A stretch of DNA of 64,000 nt from NCBI GenBank assembly GCA_965214095.1, contig OZ243938.1, positions 2,592,001 through 2,656,000 of the forward strand, in the 5' to 3' direction. The DNA comes from Candidatus Poribacteria bacterium (GTDB lineage Bacteria > Poribacteria > WGA-4E > WGA-3G). The notes below the pieces were generated by a model that searched no databases, was not told the DNA's origin, and worked only from the letters and a program-made list of their open reading frames with translations. Shown piece after piece: positions 30,632-42,981 of the stretch (position 1 is the first letter of the stretch; every line of letters begins with the position of its first letter). Both the position numbers and the translations under genes were made by a program.

Positions 30632-30938
30632 TATGAATTTTAAATATAAAACCTAACAGATTTTTTCTCACTATATTTTGATAGGAGAAAGTCTATAAAT
30701 AAATTAGTGTCTTATAACAGGTCGTTAAAAAATAATATTAATTAAATTAATGCTTTTTGTAGGATAAGTTGAACATATCATACCTTAAAACTAACAAAAC
30801 ACCTATCAGAAACTTGGTTGATGAACACTGTATAATATTCCCCGCTATTCATCCTAAATTTAGCTCATTTCATACTTGTAATTGGTGTGACTAGTAACGA
30901 TAATAATAAACAGGATGGTTTCGGTAATGTCATGTTAA

Positions 30939-33509
<2,571 letters not shown>

Positions 33510-33576
33510 CCCATTGACAGCAAAATAGATGTCAATCAAATCAATGCTGGGGTTAGCAAAGTTATGTCCCGGCAAT

Positions 33577-33677
33577 TATGGACTGTTTTGAATTATTTAT
33601 ACACTGTTGTGTCGGCAAGGTTAGAAGCCTCGCCTACTGTGAGGTGAAAGTGTATAATTACTTTTTTATTCACCATA
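33577..33677 (-). mobile_element. Diverged reverse-orientation copy of the 100-bp REP-MITE (copy C)
   Basis: Reverse complement TATGGTGAAT..TATACACT..GTAGGCGAGGCTTCTAACCTTGCCG..AGTGTATA..CCATA; same length and layout as copies A and B. Confidence 0.7.
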
Positions 33678-33704
33678 ATCTAAAGCTACTATAAAGAAAG
33701 TGAA

Positions 33705-36155
33705 ATGCAAGAAGAAAACATTATTAGACGACCGATAGAAAATGAATTACAAACGTCCTATCTCACGTACGCGATGAGCGTCAATACGAATAGGGCACTT
33801 CCGGATGTGCGAGATGGTTTAAAACCGAGTTCACGACGTATTATTTATGCTATGGGGGAACTCAATCTAACGGGTGATCGTCCCTACGATAAGTGTGCTG
33901 CAGTCGTTGGGGAGGTGATGAAAAACTTTCACCCACACGGTGATGGACCGATTTACGGGACACTTGTTGGACTTGCGCAGGAGTTTAATACGCGTTATCC
34001 GTTAATTGATGGACAGGGAAACTTTGGCTCTATTGACGATGACCCCGCAGGCGCAATGCGCTATACAGAGTGTAGACTCGCTAAGATTGCTGAGACATTG
34101 CTCCTACATATTGGCATGGATACGGTAGACTTCCAACCGAATTATAAGGATTCAATTGAAGAACCGACTGTGCTGCCCGGACTTCTCCCGAACCTACTTG
34201 TCAATGGCACGACAGGAATCGGTGTGGGGTATCTTACAAGGATACCACCGCATAATCTCAATGAAGTTGTAGATGCCCTCCTAAACATACTCGACTTTCC
34301 TGATGCTACTGTTGACGAACTTATAGAATTTATGCCCGGTCCAGATTTTCCAACAGGTGGTATTATTGTGGGAAGACAAGCCATCAAGGAAATGTATACA
34401 AGAGGCAAGACAAGTAAGGGTGGGATTACGATACGTGCAAAGGTGACGATTGAACCGATGACGCATGATAAATCGCGGGGAGATCGTGAACAGATCATCG
34501 TTACCGAAATTCCGTATCAAGTTAAGAAAAATCGTCTTCTTGAACAGATCGTTCAACAGGTAAATGGGAATACAATTACCGGAATTTCGAATATTCGAGA
34601 CGAATCTGATGAAGATATTCGTATCGTTATTGAACTCAAACGAGGTGAAGTACCGCAAGTTGTATTGAATCAACTCTATAAACATACTGCTATGCAGGAC
34701 GACTACCATCCGATCCTGCTCTGTCTTGTAGATGGTCTTCCGAAAGTTTTAACGCTGCCAGAGATTTTACTTCACTACTTGGCACATCGGCGGGAGGTAA
34801 TACGTAGGCGGACACAGTATGATTTGGCACGTTGTGAACGTCGAGCACATATATTAGAAGGATACCGAACTGCTCTTGAGCATTTAGAGGAAGTGATTGA
34901 CATTGTGCAAACAGCTGAGACTCCAGATGATGCACTGAATCAATTGCAATCTCAATATGAACTCACGGATGTTCAGGCACGCGAGGTATTAGGTTTAACC
35001 TTACGACAACTCACTGGTCTAGAACGACAACGGATCAACGATGAATACAGTGATCTACTTGAAACAATTGCCGAACTCCGAGCTATCCTTGCAGATGAGG
35101 ACCTTGTCACAGAAATCATCCGAACGGAATTAGCAGGTTTGAAAGAGGATCATGGAGATGACCGTAGAACTGAGATCGTTTCTGAAGTGAAAAGTTTTGA
35201 GATGGAAGACCTTATCGCTGATGAGGAGATGGTTGTTACACTGACACATTCAGGTTATCTCAAACGCATTCCGATGGATACCTATCGTACGCAAAATCGG
35301 GGTGGCGTTGGCATTAAAGGTGGTAATCCGAAAGATGGAGACTTCTTGGAACAGTTGATTATTGCTACAGCACACCAATCCCTACTCTTCTTTACAAGTT
35401 TGGGTAAGTGTTATGTACTGAAAGTTTTTGAGATACCAGAAGGTTCAAGAATAGCAGCAGGCAGAGCCGCAGTAAATATGTTACAATTGAGTGAATCGGA
35501 GACCATAACCGCATTTTTACCGATCAGAGAGTTTACTGATGATACCTATATTCTGATGTCAACAAAACACGGTATTGTGAAGAAAACTGCCCTGAGTGAA
35601 TTTAGAAATACCATTTCAAGTGGGATCATAGCAATTAATTTGGATCCGGACGATCTATTGATCGGAGCACAACTTACAGATGGCAACTATGATGTTATCC
35701 TTGTTAGCCATAATGGGTATTCTATCCGCTTCAAGGAAACTGATGTGCGGGGGATGGGACGGCGGACGCGAGGCGTTCGTGGTATTCGTCTGACAGAAGA
35801 GGATTTTGTCGTGGATATGGTGTGTTCTGCAGATGAAAATGATTCGTTGTTGATTGTTACAGAAAACGGTTATGGTAAACGCACAGGACTGTCTGCGTAT
35901 CGCTCACAAAAACGTGGCGGTGTTGGTTTGACTGCCATAAAACGTTCAACGCGTAATGGGGCAGTTGTTTCTGCAAAACTGGTCTCGAATTCTGATGAAC
36001 TCGTCCTGATTAGTTCTACTGGATACGTTACACGGATGGCTGTCAGTGATGTTCGCGTGATCGGTCGTACAACGCAAGGTGTCAGAATGATGACTTTACA
36101 AGACGATGAAACGTTGGTAGACGTTGCTACAATTTCGGAAACGGATACTGATTAA
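33705..36155 (+). CDS. gyrA: DNA gyrase subunit A
   Basis: RALPDVRDGLKP, HPHGD, AMRYTE (catalytic Tyr), GyrA-box QNRGGVG. Confidence 0.97.
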   Translation: MQEENIIRRPIENELQTSYLTYAMSVNTNRALPDVRDGLKPSSRRIIYAMGELNLTGDRPYDKCAAVVGEVMKNFHPHGDGPIYGTLVGLAQEFNTRYPLIDGQGNFGSIDDDPAGAMRYTECRLAKIAETLLLHIGMDTVDFQPNYKDSIEEPTVLPGLLPNLLVNGTTGIGVGYLTRIPPHNLNEVVDALLNILDFPDATVDELIEFMPGPDFPTGGIIVGRQAIKEMYTRGKTSKGGITIRAKVTIEPMTHDKSRGDREQIIVTEIPYQVKKNRLLEQIVQQVNGNTITGISNIRDESDEDIRIVIELKRGEVPQVVLNQLYKHTAMQDDYHPILLCLVDGLPKVLTLPEILLHYLAHRREVIRRRTQYDLARCERRAHILEGYRTALEHLEEVIDIVQTAETPDDALNQLQSQYELTDVQAREVLGLTLRQLTGLERQRINDEYSDLLETIAELRAILADEDLVTEIIRTELAGLKEDHGDDRRTEIVSEVKSFEMEDLIADEEMVVTLTHSGYLKRIPMDTYRTQNRGGVGIKGGNPKDGDFLEQLIIATAHQSLLFFTSLGKCYVLKVFEIPEGSRIAAGRAAVNMLQLSESETITAFLPIREFTDDTYILMSTKHGIVKKTALSEFRNTISSGIIAINLDPDDLLIGAQLTDGNYDVILVSHNGYSIRFKETDVRGMGRRTRGVRGIRLTEEDFVVDMVCSADENDSLLIVTENGYGKRTGLSAYRSQKRGGVGLTAIKRSTRNGAVVSAKLVSNSDELVLISSTGYVTRMAVSDVRVIGRTTQGVRMMTLQDDETLVDVATISETDTD

Positions 36156-36181
36156 TCTTGCTATTGATAGGGAGAATTATT

Positions 36182-37735
36182 ATGAAGAATAAAATATGTA
36201 TATTTGTCAGTCTGTTTTGTATTCTATGTCCGTTGTCAATGGAAGTGGTAACAGAGGCACAAGAAAACTCCTTAAGTGAAATACCCGAACAAGTGCCGTT
36301 AACAGAGGCATCTAAGAAAGCAAAACAGGTATATACACAACTCATGTATGCAGTCTATCTGCAATCATTTAATAAAGATATTAAGGAAGCAAGAAATATA
36401 TATGATGCGTTGGTAGAACAGGCACCAGAATCTGCCTATGTTTGGTATAAACGCGGGCAACTTCTAAACATAATGCAGAATATTCGCCGCGCTGAACAAG
36501 ATACGCGCCGCGCACTTGAACTTGACCCATCACATATTCAAGCGACATGGCAACTAGCTCAAATTCTTGTGAAACGGGCATCCTATTCAGGTAGCAGGGC
36601 TATTAAGAAAGTCCTGAAAGAACTCGAGGTCCTAGAAACCCTTGAGAGAGTGATTGAACTAGACCCTGACCATTTAGATGCACACCACGTACTTTCAGAT
36701 TTGGCGTTCCAGATCGGTGAATACAAGACAGCGGAAACATCATATAAGGCACTTACACGTATCTTACCTTTTGAACCGACTTTCCATGAACGGCTTGGTG
36801 ATATTTACAAAAATTTAGACCGTCCACATGAAGCAATCGATGCCTATCAAAGGGTGATAAGAATTAAATCGAATGATCAGAATGCGCTTAGAGCATTAGG
36901 GGAACTCTACCTCAGTATAGGTAAATTGACTGAAGCGCGACAATCCTTTGAGAAGGTCCTAGTTATGGTGCCTCAAGACTTTGGTGCCAACTTAGGTATG
37001 GGTTTAGTTTTTCAGCAACTTGCAGGAAACACTATTCAGTCAGAAAATGATAACCCATCAGATGAACCAGTTGATAAATTCGAACTTCTCGAATCTGCAG
37101 AAACACATCTGTTACGCGCGATCTCCATAGCAAAAGAGGTCGTCAATAATTCTCGGAATGAATCCCGTCGTACATATTATCAAGAACTTGCGAACAGAGC
37201 TCAGTATCTCCTTGTAGACGTTTATATTTCATTTAAGAACTTTGAAAAAGCTACAGAAATCTTTGATAAAATACTTGAGGACGATCCTGATAATATTGTT
37301 GCTATATACGGTATCGGTTCAGTCTATCAAGCGATGGGAGATTTCAAAAATGCAGAAACCTATTTGCGAAAAACGCTTACACTTCAACCAACGCATGTAG
37401 ATGCCCTCAACGGACTCGGTTATCTTTATGCACAGCAAGGTAAGAATCTTGATGAAGCTGAGGCGTTAATCAAACGCGCACTTGAGAAATCTCCAGAAAA
37501 TGGAGCATACCTTGATAGTCTTGGATGGGTGTTCTTTAAACAAGGAAAATTCGCGGAAGCTGTTGATACTTTGGAGAGTGCTAATCAACAATTACCAGAT
37601 AGTGTTGAAATCTTGATGCATCTTGGAGATGCATATAGCAAGACGGGTGAACTTGAAAAAGCACGTAGTGTTTGGCAGCAAGCGCAAAAACTTGAACCAG
37701 ATAATAGTGACATAAAGGAACGACTCAAGCAATAG
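36182..37735 (+). CDS. Exported TPR-repeat protein
   Basis: Signal peptide; many TPRs; ALNGLGYLYA..AYLDSLGWVFF C-terminal motif. Confidence 0.85.
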   Translation: MKNKICIFVSLFCILCPLSMEVVTEAQENSLSEIPEQVPLTEASKKAKQVYTQLMYAVYLQSFNKDIKEARNIYDALVEQAPESAYVWYKRGQLLNIMQNIRRAEQDTRRALELDPSHIQATWQLAQILVKRASYSGSRAIKKVLKELEVLETLERVIELDPDHLDAHHVLSDLAFQIGEYKTAETSYKALTRILPFEPTFHERLGDIYKNLDRPHEAIDAYQRVIRIKSNDQNALRALGELYLSIGKLTEARQSFEKVLVMVPQDFGANLGMGLVFQQLAGNTIQSENDNPSDEPVDKFELLESAETHLLRAISIAKEVVNNSRNESRRTYYQELANRAQYLLVDVYISFKNFEKATEIFDKILEDDPDNIVAIYGIGSVYQAMGDFKNAETYLRKTLTLQPTHVDALNGLGYLYAQQGKNLDEAEALIKRALEKSPENGAYLDSLGWVFFKQGKFAEAVDTLESANQQLPDSVEILMHLGDAYSKTGELEKARSVWQQAQKLEPDNSDIKERLKQ

Positions 37736-37764
37736 TTACGGAATGCAGTGCGGAACAATTGAGA

Positions 37765-39471
37765 ATGCGATATACGATCCTCACGTTTTTCTTGTTAACG
37801 CTGACACTCTTTTCCCAAACAGGCGAAGCGTTCCGTTGTGGGACTGCGCTCTTGAAACAGGAAAAGGTGCACCAACTCCCATCCGAAGCGGTGACAGCTC
37901 CAGCACATCCGAATGCCCCCGCACGTCCTGTTGGATTCCAACGTCCCTTCTTTGCCATTGACTTCGCAAGAAAGCAGCAGTATACGGTCAACGCAACGTT
38001 ACGTGCAAGCGGAATACATTGTGATATATATGTGGAAGATGCAGAATGGCAAGAAAATATCAATCCGATAACATTGCATTTGATACAAGTAGCATTTGAT
38101 GAGGCAACACCTGCCGACCCGCGACGTGGTATTTATGACATCTTAACGGATGAGTTCGGACCACCACCCGATGTTGATGCCAATCAGAAAGTTATATTGC
38201 TCTTGCTCAATATACGTGATGTTGGTGACCGCCACACAACAGTCGGTTACTTCATGCCAATTGACCAAGAACGCGGGGTACTCCACCATCCAACCCTCGG
38301 ACCATTACATAGCAACGAAGCCGATATTCTTTACCTTAATACAAATTACATTTCGCCAAATTTTGACACGTTTCAGGCAGTCATTGCACATGAGCTACAA
38401 CACCTTATCCATTGGAAGCATTCACCAAGAGAGGAAATTTGGGTAGATGAAGGTTGTGCTGATTATGCGACCTTCCTGTGTGGTTATAATCTAAATCAAC
38501 ATCTTACTGCTTTTCAGAACGCACCACACATTTCCCTTACTGATTGGTCTCAAATGAGTCAAACACACTTGCTTGCACATTACGGGGCGGCTTTTCTTTT
38601 CATGCTATATCTAAATGATCACTATGGGGGCAGCCAAACTATTGCGGAGATTGTTAAAAATCGATTAGATGGAATTGTAGGAATTACTCATGCGCTGGCT
38701 GCACGTGGGGCACCAGTGAAATTCTCGGATATCTTCGCTGATTGGAAAGTTGCGAATTACCTTAGCACATGGCGAGCACTCGGCACACTTGAAGAGCAAT
38801 ACAAGTATAACACACATATACCAACGATTAAACCGATTTTTAGTCATCGCTCCTATCCGGTTGCCGGTAAGAATAAAACACTTGCTAATTTTGCTTCACA
38901 CGCAATTGAATATAAAGTTGCAACTGCGGGGCAGGCAGGACTTACCTTCAGTTTTTCTACGCGACGGAACACAAGTGTAGACATCAAAATCGCATTTCTG
39001 AAAAACACTGGGGACATCCTTGTTGAGGCGTTACCTCTAAACACCGTGGACGGTACTGCTTCATTGGATATTCCTGAGTTTGGTACTTCTTTCCAACGTA
39101 TAATGATTATGCCGAGCCTACAAGTTGAAAATCAAAGTTTTTCTCAGCAAACTATATCTTATAACTATAATGCGTTTGAAGGAAGTCTCGGCACTTATAC
39201 AACACATATTCTTCCTAACCCGATACACCCGAACTATTGGGAAATTATTGCTGTTCCGAGCGAAACAACAGTTGCGCAGGCGTTTACCGTAACCCTAACT
39301 TACCAGAATCGAAAGCTTAATGATGCCGAACCGATGGTGTATATCCAAAGCAAAGATCAAGCGGTCTACCGTTACGCTTTTCACCTTGAACCTGAAATTG
39401 AGACAGCAGACATTAAATGGCGCATTATGCGAGGGGAAACCATTATTGATGAAGGAGTTCTTGAAGAATAA
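37765..39471 (+). CDS. Secreted zinc metalloprotease (M30/gluzincin-like)
   Basis: Signal peptide; FRCGT; AHELQHLIH followed by WVDEG. Confidence 0.75.
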   Translation: MRYTILTFFLLTLTLFSQTGEAFRCGTALLKQEKVHQLPSEAVTAPAHPNAPARPVGFQRPFFAIDFARKQQYTVNATLRASGIHCDIYVEDAEWQENINPITLHLIQVAFDEATPADPRRGIYDILTDEFGPPPDVDANQKVILLLLNIRDVGDRHTTVGYFMPIDQERGVLHHPTLGPLHSNEADILYLNTNYISPNFDTFQAVIAHELQHLIHWKHSPREEIWVDEGCADYATFLCGYNLNQHLTAFQNAPHISLTDWSQMSQTHLLAHYGAAFLFMLYLNDHYGGSQTIAEIVKNRLDGIVGITHALAARGAPVKFSDIFADWKVANYLSTWRALGTLEEQYKYNTHIPTIKPIFSHRSYPVAGKNKTLANFASHAIEYKVATAGQAGLTFSFSTRRNTSVDIKIAFLKNTGDILVEALPLNTVDGTASLDIPEFGTSFQRIMIMPSLQVENQSFSQQTISYNYNAFEGSLGTYTTHILPNPIHPNYWEIIAVPSETTVAQAFTVTLTYQNRKLNDAEPMVYIQSKDQAVYRYAFHLEPEIETADIKWRIMRGETIIDEGVLEE

Positions 39472-39564
39472 CACATAAAAGATTTTCGGTTTTCAGTAAA
39501 AGCGGAATGTATATCTACTGCTGATAACTGACTGCTGATGTTATGTTATAAAATGGAGGAATAC

Positions 39565-40545
39565 ATGGCTAACACACTATATGCAGGAACTATTGGACAG
39601 AGCGTTTGGCGGAGTACTGATATTGGTAAAACTTGGCACCGCGTTAGCAACGGGATGTTCCCAGAAGCGGATATTCGCGCTATCGTCGTACATCCGACAG
39701 ATTCAAATGTCCTCTATGCTGGCACTGAGAAAGGTGTCGTCAAAACTACGGATGGTGGCAATAATTGGGCACATCTGCCGAGTGAAATGGACAGTCGAGA
39801 AGTTTGGTCACTTGCAATCCATCCGACTGAACCGGACACACTCTTTGCAGGGACATGTCCATCTGCTTTTTTCAAAACAACGGATGGTGGTAAAACGTGG
39901 AAACAACTTGACGCTGAACTGGCAGAAGAATGTGAAGGCATTCCTATCATTCCGCGCGTAACAACTATCATTATTGACCCAGAAGACCATGATACCGTCT
40001 ATGCAGGTATTGAGATTGACGGTATGCGTCTTAGCACTGATGGTGGAGAAACGTGGCATAATCGCAGTGAAGGATTGAGTAGTCAAGATATCCATGGTTT
40101 GACGGTGGTTCCGGGTGAGCAAAAAACACTTGTTGCTGCAACAAATAACGATGTTTGTATTACAACGGATATGCATCAGTGGACTCCCTTGAAGGTCCGT
40201 GACCATTTTCCATGGCCATATTGCCGCGCAGCATTCTATTTAAACGGTAATTCTGCAAAAGTATTTATCGGTGCAGGCAACGGTCCACCCGGTGATCAGG
40301 GTGGAATCTTTTACATGCAAGATGCAGCTGCAGCATCCGATGCAGACGCAATTCAGTGGGAACGTTCTGATATTGGGATAACTTCAAATAGCACTATTTG
40401 GTGTTTCGGTTCTAATCCGAGTGTGGATGGATTGCTGATTGCCTGTAGTGTGAGCGGACAACTTTTCTTGAGTGAGGACAACGGTGATTCCTGGACGAAA
40501 TTGACACACGAATTTGGAGAAGTACGCGCCTTAGCGGTGGCATAG
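39565..40545 (+). CDS. BNR/Asp-box beta-propeller protein (Ycf48/sialidase-like)
   Basis: Repeated Asp-boxes STDIGKTW, TTDGGNNW, TTDGGKTW, STDGGETW, SEDNGDSW. Confidence 0.8.
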   Translation: MANTLYAGTIGQSVWRSTDIGKTWHRVSNGMFPEADIRAIVVHPTDSNVLYAGTEKGVVKTTDGGNNWAHLPSEMDSREVWSLAIHPTEPDTLFAGTCPSAFFKTTDGGKTWKQLDAELAEECEGIPIIPRVTTIIIDPEDHDTVYAGIEIDGMRLSTDGGETWHNRSEGLSSQDIHGLTVVPGEQKTLVAATNNDVCITTDMHQWTPLKVRDHFPWPYCRAAFYLNGNSAKVFIGAGNGPPGDQGGIFYMQDAAAASDADAIQWERSDIGITSNSTIWCFGSNPSVDGLLIACSVSGQLFLSEDNGDSWTKLTHEFGEVRALAVA

Positions 40546-41204
40546 CAGCTCAAGTCGATCCTTGCTCTGACACAAAAGTTTAGAGATACACAAGGCACAA
40601 GGGGAACAACTATGCACGACCAAAATCCAATTTTAGACCGGGAGAGCAGAACAAATAATAATCAGTTGAATTTGGTATGAGACATCCTACGCAGAATCAA
40701 CTCCGAATTTAGGACAGTTCTGACAAAACCGACCCAGACCCTCAGAATCGTAATTGGTAAAATTGGTAATTTTTCTTATAGACAAATCCAGTGATAGTCT
40801 ACATAATGCAACTTTTAAAATTACCAATTGCCTTTGGATAGCATGGAGTTGTCCTCAGAGATCACAGCAAGTGATCCCAAAACAGGTGCTTGGCACAGTT
40901 GTGACAAACTGCAGAATTGGTATAAGAAAATATAATTCCAATCGATAACGGGTTGTTTGTTTGCGGGGTGGTCTGGTTGGGTTCTGTGGGTTCACTGTGG
41001 TGCGGGTATTCTCTTTGTGCGGTGGTAGACAATCCGAGCGGCGCGGCGCGTTATCGCGTCGATTTATACTGGGTTGGTATACTGATGTTGTTCGGTTGGT
41101 GTGTTATTCTCACCTGGATTATTTTTTTGTAAAAACGTGTATATTTCTTTGGATATTGAGTTGAGTGTCAAAAACTTTACACACCCCCCATTTAAATTTG
41201 CCAC

Positions 41205-41234
41205 TTGACTTTTTTTTGCAAATTGTGCTAAACT
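41205..41234 (+). promoter_or_regulatory. Putative sigma70 promoter
   Basis: TTGACT, 18 nt, then TAAACT preceded by TGc. Confidence 0.55.
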
Positions 41235-41345
41235 CTTCAAATGGGCGGGTTGTGCTTTGTTGGCAGACATAAGAGGTTTGCCCTCCATCAAAAATACGCA
41301 GCACGCCTTACGACTATAGTTTAATCAAGGAGGCATATCTCTATT

Positions 41346-42113
41346 ATGCGTTTTTTTAGTTTTCTAATAATACCTATTCTCCTCATTTCAATCGTTGGAT
41401 GTCTTGGAAGTGGGGAAATTAAAATTGACAAACCACCAGCATTTGTTAACGCGAAACGAGTTGTTATTACCAAGTTCATCGCTGAGGACACGGAGACACA
41501 GGAACTTGGCAAAAGGGTGAGTAAGAATTTAGCAGAACGTTTAGAACTTGTCTTAAAAGACAACGATTGGGTTTATGATGTATCGGAGAAAGTACAACCA
41601 ATAGCCGATAAAGTTGCGGAGTTAGGATTAACACTCAATGATGTGTATGCAGATCCAGCGTTGGCAGCTAAAGTAGGACAAGCCCTTGAAGCAGACATCA
41701 TTATAACAGGAATGGTTCAAGACCCTAAAATCCGTCGTATTGATAACAATGAACACTATATGCGGCAAGGAAGACAAACAGGTATATCGGGAACATCTAC
41801 ATACATCACTACGCGCCAGTCTGTGAGTGGCAGAGTACGGGTCAAAGCTATTGATGTTGCGACAGGCGAAATCCTATATAACAATCAGATACTATCATAT
41901 CTTAAATATTGGTTCGCTTATCAAACACAGCAGAGCGGACAAGTTATTTTCAAAGAAGATAATGAAATGCTTGCTGATTTAGGATTGTATTTGCCACGTC
42001 GTATTTCATACAAACTTTACCCAACGGGACTTAAGAAGGAACCTGAAGAACAGGTTTTGTTGATACCTGAAATTATACTAAAAGGCACTGGCGGAGTATT
42101 CAAATACGATTAA
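41346..42113 (+). CDS. Lipoprotein, CsgG/TolB-N-like fold
   Basis: SD AAGGAGG; lipobox IVGC; KVGQALEADIIITG..VKAIDVATGEIL pattern. Confidence 0.7.
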   Translation: MRFFSFLIIPILLISIVGCLGSGEIKIDKPPAFVNAKRVVITKFIAEDTETQELGKRVSKNLAERLELVLKDNDWVYDVSEKVQPIADKVAELGLTLNDVYADPALAAKVGQALEADIIITGMVQDPKIRRIDNNEHYMRQGRQTGISGTSTYITTRQSVSGRVRVKAIDVATGEILYNNQILSYLKYWFAYQTQQSGQVIFKEDNEMLADLGLYLPRRISYKLYPTGLKKEPEEQVLLIPEIILKGTGGVFKYD

Positions 42114-42141
42114 CATTACTTTCCTGCTGATTCAAAGATAT

Positions 42142-42180
42142 AAGGTGGATAGAAGTTTGATCTTCTGTCCACCTTGTTTT
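42142..42180 (+). terminator. Intrinsic terminator
   Basis: AAGGTGGATAGAAG / CTTCTGTCCACCTT followed by GTTTT. Confidence 0.7.
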
Positions 42181-42258
42181 ATGAATGTATACCGAATTAA
42201 CCCAATTTGTAGCGTGTGGACTCCGTGCCTCGCCATACTGCCAGTTTCAGAAATCAAC

Positions 42259-42314
42259 TTTCCATTAAGAAATAGTCGGTTCTGTGTTTCCATTAAGAAA
42301 TAGTCGGTTCTGTG
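42259..42314. repeat. Perfect 28-bp tandem duplication
   Basis: TTTCCATTAAGAAATAGTCGGTTCTGTG at 42259-42286 and 42287-42314. Confidence 0.9.
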
Positions 42315-42351
42315 AATGTCGGACGCACATTCACCAAGTGCAATTCATTGA

Positions 42352-42828
42352 CTATCCATTAGGCAGCATTGAGTCGGTATCTTGAAAAAAGTTTTCTATT
42401 TGGTGGGTGTAGGTTCTGCCATGTTGTAGCAATTGCCTTGAAACGTCATAAAATTCAGCCGGAGGAATACTCTCATAAGGGTTTGCTATTTTTTGATAAC
42501 AGTCTAAAGCATGTTCAAAGAAATTTAGCGTGGATTCATCAATCGCACCGCTTTCTTGCACTGCACGGAAACCTTGAAATTTTTGGTATGGAGGTGTCTT
42601 GCCACTAAATTCAATTATGGCATTATTTATGTCTACTGCACGTTGTACAATCATCAGAAAGCAGCTTTTGATATAAGAATGCGTTAACCTGTCAGCAGCA
42701 ATATATTCCTTTTTGTTACCTGGAAGACCATGCTGTAATTGTCCAAAACATTCTTCTAAATACGTCAATTTTGCTTTCACAGGATTGAACTGACGTTGTA
42801 ATGAAGTTTCTTGAGTGGCTTTTGACAT
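42352..42828 (-). CDS. DUF86/HepT-like HEPN protein with degenerate active site
   Basis: VQRAVDINNAII..PPY..FRAVQESGAID pattern; YQKIANPY where RNxxxHxY is expected. Confidence 0.6.
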   Translation of the reverse strand: MSKATQETSLQRQFNPVKAKLTYLEECFGQLQHGLPGNKKEYIAADRLTHSYIKSCFLMIVQRAVDINNAIIEFSGKTPPYQKFQGFRAVQESGAIDESTLNFFEHALDCYQKIANPYESIPPAEFYDVSRQLLQHGRTYTHQIENFFQDTDSMLPNG

Positions 42829-42981
42829 TTTATACTCCTAATGTTTTTATTTTCAGACTATAATGGTAAGACGTGATTTAACATAAAAAGTTGTAGCAGT
42901 AAATAATTTCTCAATCGGAAACCCAGATTATCTGAAGTAATTTAACGGATATATTGAAGAGATGTTGACATAGGAAGAATA

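Noticed and set aside
40754-41304. Several 60-75 aa ORFs in the long intergenic region
   Set aside because: Biased composition, no clear SD, mutually overlapping; better explained as non-coding sequence.
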